NCBI RefSeq assembly: GCF_964204645.1
Contig: NC_134031.1
Coordinates: 17,037,807 to 17,101,806 of the forward strand
From: Tubulanus polymorphus
Taxonomy: Eukaryota > Animalia > Nemertea
DNA: 64,000 nucleotides
Reading direction: 5' to 3'
Both the position numbers and the translations under genes were made by a program. Below the pieces are notes generated by a model, which was not told where the DNA came from, did no database searches, and saw only the letters and a list, made by a program, of their open reading frames with translations. Of this stretch, positions 28,486-43,007 are shown piece after piece. Every line of letters starts with the position of its first letter. The first letter of the stretch is position 1.

Positions 28486-29651
28486 AAATATTTAACTTAA
28501 CATCATTTGCGCTGAATTGCGCTGAAACCAACTCGCAAGCACAAACATCGCTCTATTCGCATCGATCGCAAGGATACAAACAACAATTTGATAGCTATTC
28601 ACACTGTCCATTAACTGTCCATTATGAATCACATATAAAATCGTTGAACTTCTCACACTTACGAACCTCAAATATCTGCAAGTTTGCACGAGAGACAACC
28701 TAGTCAACAACATTTCATTGAGATTTCATTATTGAGGATTCTATATTCCAGGGTCGGGAAGGCGCTCCCATACCCTAGGACACAGGAGTCCACTATTTCT
28801 ATAGATTATATTAAGGCAATGCAATTGGTTAATTGGTTCGCACAGCCTCTTCAGGACTCGACAGTAGTTCGCTAAAAAGTGGATTGGACTGAGATGGTGG
28901 TCAACCTATATCGCTATATTAGGCTAGAAACCCACCTATTTTCTTAACTCCAATTGAGTCGCAGACATTCAAGCCCAAATATGTACGTATGATACAACAA
29001 AAATCATGTACTTGTTACAAATCAATATCTAGCCATGACCGCTCAGATACCGAACGAATCCCGCGATATGGTGTAGGCCTACTAGTATATTTTCATCGAA
29101 GTCGCGTGAATCTGGCATCGATCATGTTTTGATTTGTCGGCTTTTTATTCTACGAATATAATTGGAATGACCTTGCCAGGTCGTATTCATCGAAAGATCA
29201 TTCTAATTCAATTCTTAGTAGCCTAATCGTAGCCGCCATTTCAGCCTTCAAAATATTCACCTTCTACTCCCTACAAAGAATAATCATGATTGCCAGTGCT
29301 GATTTTCTCCCAATTTGACCCGGCCGTTGGGATTTTGATAAGGCTACGGCAAATCAGCTACGAGGCTCAGATCGAATTGTTAGAAAACACGTGGGCACAG
29401 TTTACACAAGTCCGATTCATTCGCAAATCAAGATTTGCAAATCGCGCACCTGTTTAAACGGATCTATCATATGAATAAACGGAAAAAAGAGGCTACTATT
29501 CGTTAACATAAAAAGACAACTCAAAATCGTTGTCAACACTTGAATACACAGTAATTTTTACACTTGAATAAACAGTCATTTTCCTAGCGCGCGGGTTTGC
29601 AGTGGAGATGTTGTAGTCACGCAGCCTATTATCCTGCAAACTGGTTTGAAG

Positions 29652-31956
29652 ATGAACTGTCGCATTGCGCTTCTCTTTTTTATCTTTGGTAAGTGAACCA
29701 AAATTTTTAAGTCGCGACAATTGTAATTTTCTTAGAAATCTTGGCCAATTTAACATTTGAAAGTGCATCCAAATGAAATGTTTCGTGCAAGCACCCGCAA
29801 AATGAAATCTATCTTGTTTTTTAAACGGTTTCAGGTTTAAACACCATCGATGCGTGTGATCTTTTGAAGGTTGTTGAGATTCCCGCGTCGGGTAAATTTG
29901 AACTAGAATTAGGCCCCTCTGACTTTGTAAAGAATGCGCTTTGTTACTGGATTATCAGACCAAGCAATACAAATCAAGTAAGACATAAACTTTCTGTTTT
30001 TTTCTGTTCGTTTGAACAAAACATGAACTAGCTTTAGAAATTGGCTTGCGTACATGGCTTTACCCACATGAAGATGTGGATGCACCATTTCGGTCTCTGA
30101 CTGTCGTCTGTCGTGCGCGTCTATCTGCTCATATGTTTCTCACACCTCATATTCCACAATTTTGTATCTATTTTTGGTGGTGGGCACTGGCTGGGAATAT
30201 CAAAGATGATGCCTATCAATTTTACCAACGTTCGGACAAGTTTCTAGCTGCGTTTTGGTTGTGGTTCGAACTAGACATTCCAATTTTGATTCTACTGATG
30301 ATTAGACAATTTCATTTCCCTTCGTTCCACCAACCATACATGTATATTTTTACATAATTTTTCTATTTTGCATTCCAGATGATTCATTATAAGATATCGC
30401 AGTTCAATCTACCGTTCGATTCCGAATGTAGTCGTGCTCATGTTAACATCCAGAAAGATCACTCGAGCTCCAAAAAGTGGGAAATGTGCGGCGTTAACGG
30501 TTCCGCGAGTCAGGGGAACTTTGGCCCAAAAAGTGGCCGCGAGTTCACCGTCGAATTCGAAACTGACCCCGAAGCCAACGATGCAGATATACAAATACGA
30601 ATCGTAAAAGTGGTCTTCTACTCAATAGGTAAATGAATGAATAATCGGGTTACAATTCGTTTTCCATGTGCATTGATCGTACTCGACGTTAAATCAATGA
30701 CAGCGTCCACCTCGCCAAGCAAATATAACCCGCCATCAATCGAGAATTTTTAGCCCCACACCGGTGCCAAATGATATTGCGAAATTATTATATTTCAGCG
30801 GAAGACAATAATGGCAGGCCAATTCAAGTTGACTCGCAATACAACTTAGAATTCGCAAAATACCCGACAATTCCGAGACCTAATGAGTGGAGATTCAAGG
30901 CAAACAACCCAAATAATGTACGAGTGATTTTCAACTGTTGATTGCTTTTATTTCATATTGATTTCCAAAGGAACGTTTTCATTTTTACTCTCATTCATTC
31001 AGACAATTAAATTCATTGTCGAGAAAATCGATGACATTAACTGCGATTCAGGAAAAATGTCGATTACCAACAACACCGATCTCAGTAAGAACGAACGACC
31101 GAAATATTGCGGTAGTGAAGGCAATTTACGCGACGAACTAAACAATTCTCCGCCGTCGTACGAATGGCTGTTGGAAAGATATGCGGGATATAAGCTCAGC
31201 ATACAGTTCACTCCAGTTGGTGAGTTTCGTAGCACTATTTGTGACAGACTCTTTGAAATTAAAAAAACTTTATATTTCTAAGAAATTGAAACTATCGGCA
31301 TATCTTATTACCGGCATTATTCTTTTTAAAATAGGTTCAGTACCATTGTTCAGCATTCAACATTCAACCTGCCACGAAGAGCCCATTATCATATTGGTTG
31401 AAGATGTTTATACACTCAGCATTCCTCGTAAAGTCATTGACGAAACGTTTAGCGGAGACGGTTACAGATATGAGTATGAATTCACTTGTCGTTGGATAAT
31501 TCGATCGAAGAACCCGGCAAAGGTATGATTGTATTTTCAAAAACCGATAATGGATGAAAAAAACATGTCTATAACCACTCAGGTGGCGCGTGTAAGAGTT
31601 CTAATGCAATTTCAAATCAAAATCAGCGTCTGATATCTATTGCAAACCCTGTTTTTTTACAGAAATTGCATTACGAAATTAAAAAACTAAATACACCGTA
31701 CGGTATACTTCCAATGGATCCCAACTACTGGTTCGAACACTTGAGTATCTACCCAGATTACTTTGCTGTAAGGCGACCGAAGATTGCCGGATCCATCAAT
31801 GGCGAAATCGGCTACTTAGACGGCACAGAAGCCGATCTGCGATCCACAACTCCCGCTGAACAATGGAACGTCAATTACCAATACTTCCGTTATCATGACA
31901 GCGATAACATGGAATTCAGAATAAAATTCATTTCAAGATGCCCTTGTTCGAAATAA
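29652..31956 (+). CDS. Secreted triple CUB-like domain protein, paralogue 3 (415 aa); exons 29652-29688, 29835-29977, 30379-30628, 30799-30917, 31003-31219, 31335-31522, 31663-31956
   Basis: Signal peptide MNCRIALLFFIFGLNTIDA. Same exon and phase structure as the other two; exons sum to 1248 nt. Confidence 0.85.
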
Positions 31957-32079
31957 AGCAGAAAGAAATGATGAATAACATAACATATCAGAAATATCAA
32001 ATCACTTTATTTCTTCACATCAAGTTTTACACGCATAATAGACTAATATAATAATAATCTCTAAAAATATGTGCCTGGG

Positions 32080-33388
32080 TTATTTTCCGCCTAGAAGCTC
32101 ATCCTGTTTAGCTTGCATTATCTTCTCTAACTGTTCACTATATTTATGCATATCATACAGAAGCTGGAAATAGAGGCAAAAAATTAATCAAAATTCATCC
32201 TTGTTTGTTCTTCTATAACGGTATTTATTATGGTTTTCATTACCAATTCCTCTACGTTGCGCAGAAGATCTGAGGATAATTCCTTCTTCTTTTTGACTGT
32301 TTTCACGGAACTGTTGTAAATCCCGCGTAATTTATCCTTCGATTTGTCGCATAAAGTTTTGGCCGACTTGACTAGATATTCGCGATGTTCTCTGGTTACC
32401 CTGATCGAAAGGAATTCAAGACGAGATAACTTCATTGATGAAATTTCATCTTAAACTTGGGCTTACGTCGAATATGACAGAACTTACTTTGGCAGGGGAA
32501 TAAAAAGTGTATTGCCATCTTGTTGAGGATTTATGTTCATTCCAGATTTTTCAAGCGCATCTTTCACCGCTGGTATATACTTAATTGAAAAAGAGATACT
32601 TCAAGTAAACTTTGAAATAAACATGCTACATTTTCATTTTTTTGTCATCAAATTACTCGGATATTGAAAGCCATGTAACCCGCGGTACCTGCGGACAAGG
32701 TCCTAAATTCACCGACAGAAGAGTTGGGTTTTTCTGCACCACTTGAGCTAGTTGATTCAAAGGAAATTTACCATCGTCAGTTACGATTTGAAGACTTTCA
32801 AAAACTCCTAAAACATAAGAAAATTACATTTTCTGTGAGCAATCAGTTTGTGCACTGCATTAGAAACATCAACGGGCAAACTTCAAGCAAAATAAATAGA
32901 GGCCTAACATACCTGCGTTTGTTCTAACAGAAAGATGTTTTAAGTAATCTTGTTTCAGCTGATCAGTCACTGCATTCATTTGACTGGTAAAACGTTCATA
33001 GTTCATCGCTTGGTTTATCTCTTCGTCGCTCAAGGAAACATTCAGTTTAGCACCTTTTTTCCCTGGAATGCATAAGAATTAAACAATATGCTATCAGAAT
33101 ATCAGGCTTTTGCTACAACTGAGCAATCTTGCCTAATGATGGCATACCTTTGGATTTATCTTTTTTCGCTTTATTTTTATCATGTTTCAATCGGATATGT
33201 TGCAGCTGAGGGCTTTGTAGACAAATCTTATCCAGACAACGAAATCTGACCAGTGCGGTATTGGCTTGTTTTTGCGATGTGAGAGTTACCAGGCTCTGAG
33301 AGGCAAGTGTCGTCATGGGCGAATGCAGTTTGTTGTTGGTCAAGCCTGCAGCAGTAATCAGTAGGCGCCTACCAACGCTTATCATCAT
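32080..33388 (-). CDS. MRRF: Mitochondrial ribosome recycling factor, 280 aa; exons 33388-33148, 33062-32913, 32807-32689, 32579-32488, 32400-32244, 32163-32080
   Basis: Basic, presequence-like N-terminus; LSVRTNAG...DGKFPLNQLAQV...SGMNINPQQDGNTLFIPLPKVTREHREYLVK...AKQDELLG. Confidence 0.93.
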
Positions 33389-33771
33389 TCATTGAATAAG
33401 CAAGAATTCTAAGACTTAATGTCAAGAAAGAGTTCGTCCTGGGGATAGATTTAAGGTTTTTAAATTTTTAATTCCCAAATATTATGGAATATATTGTAAT
33501 TTTGTGCACTGTTGTGGCTGAGAAATATTTTTCGAGTCTACGACCTTGATGAGCGGTGAAAGAACGACTCACTAATGGGTTACTCCAAAGAATGAATTGG
33601 GTATTATCCAAACTTGGATATTCTCGGAGCTACCCTTATTCTCATCGAAAGATTTTCGGTGACGGAACCACTGTCAAATACCTAGGTCGTTGTACAATTT
33701 TTTATAGATTGTCAAATTTTGTAAATTTTTTACTCAGGGCTACGGCCAAAGACGCATTTCATTAGTGTCTG

Positions 33772-36232
<2,461 letters not shown>

Positions 36233-36797
36233 CGCAACTGCCTGCCCGTCTCTTACCAGGGATATGAACTTCACTTAAACGTTTTCAGCACTGTACATGT
36301 CGTTGGATGGAGACGCTCCTAAGAATTTCGATGAGGAAAAGGACTCGAGTAGACTCCGCTTGCCTCGAATCTGGAGGGAGCAATAAATTCTCATCGAGGA
36401 ACGCATATTCGGGGGAGCTGGAGCAGGGACGGGTCGTCATCACGATGATTTGTAATCGTAGTATGAAAATTTGTTATGTGTGGTCCGGGGCGTGCGATAG
36501 CGCAAGGCAATCGACTCCAGAGGTAGACAGAGTCTACTCAGGGTTCATGGCGAGTCTCCAAAAGCTTAAAAGTGCTTTACTTTGCCTCAGCCCAACTACT
36601 ATGAACCCTGCACTGAATAAGATTCTGCAATAAGTCGGAAAGACAAACGACACAAAATGATACTCACTTTATTTCATTCTCATTTATTATCGTTTATTGA
36701 CCCCTGAATAAGGGGTGTAAATATTTTACAAAATAAAATAAATGCAAATAACATGTAACAACACATCTATTTCATGGTTGATTCGAGCGAGCACTTC

Positions 36798-37884
36798 TCA
36801 CGAGTATTCTTGTTCTTGAAATCTGAAACGCACAAATTTAATTTAGTTATTCAAAACTCAAAAACAAATCAAGTCTTTGCGAAGTTCAAATCGGCTTCAT
36901 ACGAATTTCATATATAAAACATCATATTCAATTCAGATTAGATAGGTTGGCTTCTATTGTTAGATAAAAATCTATAGCCTTTATTGAGCCTTAATTTAAA
37001 GCTTTGCTACAGCCACAAAAATTTAAATAACCCGCCAAAGCTTTCCTATACCGATTAACGTACAAAAAGAAGTAAATGTACCGACACAAGTTGACTCCCA
37101 TTGAATGTATTGACTATGTTTAGCTCTTACCATAACCCTAGTATCCTTAGCTCTAAAATGGACCCTCAACCTAATCCTTACCCTAAATTTAACCCTCAAG
37201 ATCCTAACCCTATCAAAACCATAACCCTATACATAATACGATAATTTCATTGTTATTTCTATTAGTTTATCATATATAGATGTTGGCAAAATAGCACTTT
37301 CTAAAATCTATGCTATGTCAATGAAGTGTACCCGTAACTGGGTTACAAAATGATATAATTACCTGCATTTAGGACAAGTGTAAAATACAGTTTGGCCCTC
37401 ATCAGCTGACCTGGTTTGACGGGTTGAGTAGATCATGCCATCATGGTTGCACTTCGCACATTTTCGATCAATCTAAAATCAGAATGAATGCGTAACAATA
37501 ATGTCGAGGAAGCGACGCTATCACTGAAACAGGTGAAAGTGAAGAAGAGGCTCACCAATGGACCGGAATACTGCTCTTCCCATTCGGTAGCAAGTTTTGC
37601 TTTCGGCGCGTTGAAAACGACCTTCGAGTGAATCTCAAGACCATCGAACGCTGGAAAAAAAATCGAATTAAAATAGATAGTCTTCAGAGTAGAGGTTTCC
37701 CGGACCGATCTATTCAAATAAATTAAATGTCGAATCTGAAGACTATTATTTATTTACCTGATACGTCGATTTTAAAGCTGCACACGTTACAGGTGACACT
37801 CGCAGCATCGCTAGGTAAAGGCAATATTGCACCACATTCGGAACAAAAGTTGATGTCACTGCTAAAATGAGGAGTTCTTGGCAT
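36798..37884 (-). CDS. POLR1H: RNA polymerase I subunit RPA12 (ZNRD1), 118 aa; exons 37884-37758, 37650-37556, 37472-37363, 36822-36798
   Basis: N-terminal zinc ribbon FCSECGAIL...CNVC and TFIIS-like C-terminal ribbon CAKC...[20 protein letters not shown]. Confidence 0.95.
37127..37230. repeat. Degenerate (TAACCC)-like tract in a POLR1H intron
   Basis: Several taaccc/taccct/aaccct hexamers. Confidence 0.5.
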
Positions 37885-39072
37885 CTTTAGCGCTAATTTA
37901 GTTATTAGATTAATTGATTTACGCAATTTTCAATTTAATCGTTATTTCCGGGTTTCCCTTCAATTCAATTCAATTGATGACGTCATTAAGAAATTCCGGA
38001 CATTTGCAGAACAAACCTTAGAACTAAAACGTGGTTTCGGCTTTTGGCCGGATGCCAGTTGCGCAGGTGATCGTCATAAATGTCGTGAATAATGGAACAT
38101 TCGTCGATACTTTTTAAATCTCGATTTGTGAGCGAAATCAATCTTAACATCGCATCTTAAAAACCATTCTAGCCGTGGCTTACCGCGATCTGCTCCGTCC
38201 GGAAAGACGATATGAAAAAATACCGCTCATTAACCTAGTTCTATAAGAGTGCTTATATTTTATGGTCAAGCAGAGAAATCTGAATGCGATAAGCACCAGG
38301 AAAATATTTCTGTATAGACCGCAGCTATGCTTTTTGGAAGCAACCCGTATATGGAGTCGGGCACAATCGGGATCGCAAGGCACTTCGTTTAGTGAGACAA
38401 TCAAAATAATCTAGGCATCGGGACGTCACAATTTCTAACTTCCCTCTAGGGGGTTTATTTAATTTTCCTAATATTTTGTTGTTTGTTACTATAATGCGGG
38501 TGAATTTATGTTAACTTGTCTACGGGCCCTCGGTGAAAAAAAACCAACATAAAAGTTGTCTACTATAGTTTTTATTCATTTAATAGTTTTTATTTATTAA
38601 ATAGTTTTTATGTTCTTGATTGTGGTGTCATCAATATTTAGATATTCTGCCGGTATCAATTATGAACATGGTTGGGATTACAACGATGATAAATCGAAAT
38701 CATTTGTTGTTACTGAAAAACGCTGGTATAATTAGAGCGACGATACACAAAGGGAAAGAGCACAATCGGCATAGAAAAACCCGGCTATAGAATAAAAAGT
38801 AAATACACTCTATAAATACTCTCGCTGACAGTCTGCGGGGAAGCGTCAGTGAGCGACCATGTTCAACCCGCGTCGTGAAGTTGTTTTTGCGTATTTTGAT
38901 ACGGCGAATTTGTAAAGAATTATTTAGAGATAAGTAAGTATAAACTTAATGGTCACCGCGTGCGTGTTCTGCGTACTAACATATAAACATTAAATCGATA
39001 CTACACCAAACATCGTATCTAGTTGAAATTCATTCATATCTAACTTCTGTTTTTGTTTTAGAACTTGTTATA

Positions 39073-42000
39073 ATGTGGATTTGGAAGCTGTTTGCAGTTG
39101 TTCTGTGTTCTCCTAGAGTCTGTAAGTAGAGTAAAACACTAGCAAATACTATCGATATAAAAAATTCAGAAAGACTAGAATTTGAATTTGGTTCGATGTA
39201 TGTATGTATTTATGTATGTATGTATGTATGTATGTATGAAGTATGTATGTATGTATGTATGTACAAAATATCACTCTTTTGTTGTAAATGCAATCCACAC
39301 ACTTCTTGCGTTTTTGTGATGGTAGATGTCACTTTTTACTTTTTATCACCTGTGGATTGCATTTTCAACAAAAGAGTGATATTTTGGGTTTTCTTGGGTG
39401 CATGTACGTAAGCCTCTGCCTGCCGTAAAAGCGGCTACCATTACAGCCATTACGAACTAGCGCCGGAGAACGGAATACAGTATTAATGCCGTAATATTTA
39501 AACCTGATACTCGTACCAACAATTAAAACCATTTTCCGTAGAGACAAGTGTAGTGAAAATGGTTCACCTTAAAGCAAGCCGAAACAGCAAGTTCACCTTA
39601 AAGGGGGTGTTTATGCGTACAGTGCTTGAAATGTTTGGATTTTTTAGAAAATTATTTCTGAAAATAACGAACTTCAAATTTCAGTACCCTGGATTTCTAT
39701 GCGCACGGCAAAAACTGACCATCGATTTTTATATCGCTCTCATGTCGCATTGGTGTAAATTTGAGAAATGATTTTTAGATAACTGAAAACTAGAGATTCA
39801 CGCGGTTTGAATGTTGCTGAAGTTGTCAAAATCCATCCATGGACAGATGAAATATGATACAATACACATCACGGATAGTTTTTAAAAAAGAGAAAAAAAT
39901 GACCCAACAATACGGGACAAAAGTACCCTAACAAAATGGCGGCTAGCAACTGTAAAATGGTTTATTCAATATCTAGCATTAAAACACACGAAATTCTCGA
40001 CAAAATACCCAGCATTGATAGATTATACGTGGCCCCTTATGATATTCATCTCATAAAATTACACTAGACACAATACGTCAGATAAGGGCTCTGTTTACAC
40101 AAACTATCCTTTCGAATCATATTTCGTTCGACCGTTTTTCAAAAGCTCACGCAAATACACGCATAACATCCTGTTTCATTCAATACGTACGATAAACATG
40201 AGCGCGTAGATCATAATACTAAAGGAAAGAAAAAAGAACAGGACCGTGTGCATTCGTTATGTAATATTTTTCAGGGCCAATAACTACCGTACCCTCAATA
40301 GCGTCAGTTCCGTATGGAGGATCGTTGAACATTAGATGTGACGGTTTTACCGATGGTCATGACGTAATGTGGAAATACGAACCACTCGATGGCTCCACGG
40401 GCCCTACCATGTTGACATACAACTGCCATACGCTAGACTTTGCAAAAACCCACCACATGTTTATTGTGTGTGCTGAAGGCTTACCGGATGAATTGGTACT
40501 CACTAATTTCGGCACCGATGGATACGCCAAACCCGGAAATTACTCTTGTAATTGCGGCAAACATAAAGCCATATCAACTGTGGACCTACGTAAGTAATCT
40601 GTACACGGGGTCGATCCAGAAATTTGTGCAGAAATTTGAGCAGATGGGGTCAAGCGCAGTGCCTCCTCAGATATAATTTTTGCATGCGAGAGAAAAGAAT
40701 TTCATTCGTAAAAATTTGCGCGTTACCTACAGTAATTTCTGGCAGACGCCGAAACAGCAATCGATAAAGATTTCAATTTTCAGTTTCATCATATCAGTAT
40801 GATTGAAAACACTATCAGAAAATCTTCGAACACTAAGCAGGGGCTCAAGACCCCATAAAACCCCTCTTGGATCCGCCCCTAAAAAGATTGAAATTATCGC
40901 AAAACCATTGCAAAGATCTATGTTTATTTCCGTAGAGAGAATTGTGGTAAATCCGATGAGCGCTACGATTCCAGAAGGTGGCTACATAGATATGACGTGC
41001 ACGAGACTGTTTTATGGGTATGCGATCTCATGGCATAGAGGATTGGGAGAAAATCAAACTATGGAATCTTACGAATGCGGCGCTGCTTTGACCGCCGAAA
41101 TCAGACAACCGTGCACCGCATCCAAGGTCACTATTCGAATAAGTGACGCAAGTCAGAGCGATTCTGATAACTACGTGTGTAAAGTTGGACCGAAAACGTC
41201 AGAAAACGTGAAGATCAATGTGGGTGCGTTGGAATTTTCTTAAGAGGTTAAAGATTAAAAGTTCAAGTGATATATAGTTTTTAAATTTCAGTTGTATATC
41301 TATTTTCTCGAAATGTGAACAATTTGAAAAAGGTATAAAAGTATTAGACACTTTTTTGCAGGTATATTAAGATTCCGGTCCCGCACTCCAAACCCAGCAC
41401 TTGGTGGAAGACTGGACATTAGTTGTTCGCGTCTGGTCGTTGGAAGTGCGTTGGGAAGTAAAGAGCACGAGCTACAACTTTGGTCACCCAAAAATGACTT
41501 GGTACGTACGTTTGTTAATTCCAAATATACTGTCTGTCCAAGGGCGGAACTTGCAGTTTTTGAAAGGGGTGGCACTGAAACGTTGGAATACGGGCATTTG
41601 ATATGAAAAGGGCAGATTTGGCAATGCGCGCGCGGAAAGCCAAATGTAGGGGTCCTGGAAGCCCTCCGACAGAAAATGTAGGACTAAAAGGGATTTTTCT
41701 GGTCCCTATCAGGGCTCATGTGGATTTATTTTTTGTCTTGTTAGAATCGTGTTTGCAAAAAAAAACTTTCCAGCCTTTTTGGAGGCACATTCAAATTTTG
41801 AAGTGGACTGGTCCATCCCCCCTAAATCCGCCCTTGCTGTCGTATTTGTATTCATAACGGTTACATTATAATACCTGTAATGGTAACTTCAGATCGTTAA
41901 AGATTGCACAGTAGTGAATACGACGAGTTCTTCTAGCCGTGTCACCATAGGCCGATGTATTCCTGGACGATTGATGGACGTGAAAATAGCGACTCTAATG

Positions 42001-42770
42001 GCCTCTGATGAAGGGCAGTACACCTGCAAGTATGGCGCCTTACATAAGAAGCTCAATGTTCAGATGAGTGAGTGAAACGTTTAACATTTCATTCAGAAAA
42101 TACGACGTATCATGAATGAAAATTTACGGGCGAATTAGAAAATTCCACGGATTTCGAATAACGAAGATATCAGAACTCTTTTCCGTCGTTTGCCTATTTT
42201 CTTTAATTAACCGGCTGTTATCAATTTCAATTCCGATTTCAGATCCTTTGGTGGTCACTCCGACTTTAGTCAGGGCTTTGAAGGGTTCTGTCGTAAAACT
42301 GACGTGTACTGGATCCAGTACGGTTACGTCGCCGCTGCAGTGGTCCTATAACGGTCAGTTAGTGACCTACGGCTGTGACGTACAATTCGTAACGGCAAAT
42401 AAACTACTTGGCGAGCTAAAGATCAAACCTAATTGCATCGACACGAAGATGGTGTCCATTGAATTCAAGTCTTCGAAAGGGGGGATTTTCCAGTGCTCAT
42501 ACGGTGATGAAACACAAAGAGCGATTTCCCTAGTCAAGATATGTAAGTCAAGAAAGCTTTCCTTATAATTTAGATGATGATATTAAAAAGAAATTCTGAG
42601 CAATCTATATTCAATTTCTAACGTTTGGTTGCGAATGACAACTGCTTTGTGCTTTAAATCGATCATATTCCCATAGATTGGAATTTCATTTGAAACGTTA
42701 ACAGCTCTATTGCTATTATTTTTCTATTGCAGACAAAATTGCACCGTACAGATGGAGAAGGGAAGAATAG
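39073..42770 (+). CDS. Secreted four-immunoglobulin-domain protein, 434 aa; exons 39073-39121, 40275-40589, 40936-41223, 41362-41501, 41893-42067, 42243-42542, 42733-42770
   Basis: Signal peptide MWIWKLFAVVLCS. Four Ig motifs ending GNYSC, DSDNYVC, DEGQYTC and GIFQC, with B-strand Cys and C-strand Trp and phase-1 domain borders. No TM segment; exons sum to 1305 nt. Confidence 0.8.
39197..39263. repeat. (TATG)n microsatellite
   Basis: Seen directly. Confidence 0.9.
40604..40880. mobile_element. Non-autonomous DNA-element remnant with GGATCCGCCCCT-type end
   Basis: Ends cacggggtcgatccag ... ttggatccgcccct are imperfectly inverted. Confidence 0.4.
41539..41836. mobile_element. ~300-bp MITE with 10-bp TIRs
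   Basis: caagggcgga ... tccgcccttg, flanked by ctgtc direct repeats. Confidence 0.7.
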
Positions 42771-43007
42771 AAAAACCGCACAAAAATGAGAACGATTTGA
42801 ACAATTTTCAACAAAAATAATATCCGATAATCAAGATCGACTGCTGAATATATTTTCGTAAATTTGTATTGTGTAAACAAGATTACATGTATACATACAT
42901 TTCAATAAAGGTGTAAATTTTTAATCTAAAACATCAAAAGTGCTTGTCTGAAATAAATACGAACGGTAGAAAAACAGTTCAGATAGTATGATGAGGATCG
43001 CGGTGAT

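Noticed and set aside
36307-36633. 108-aa ORF downstream of RBM18
   Set aside because: It lies in the probable 3' UTR and has no recognisable motif.
37127-37230. Interstitial telomere
   Set aside because: Too degenerate and short; more likely a repeat-element remnant.
39597-40040. Possible TTAA-flanked (Kolobok-like) element
   Set aside because: A matching right terminus could not be established.
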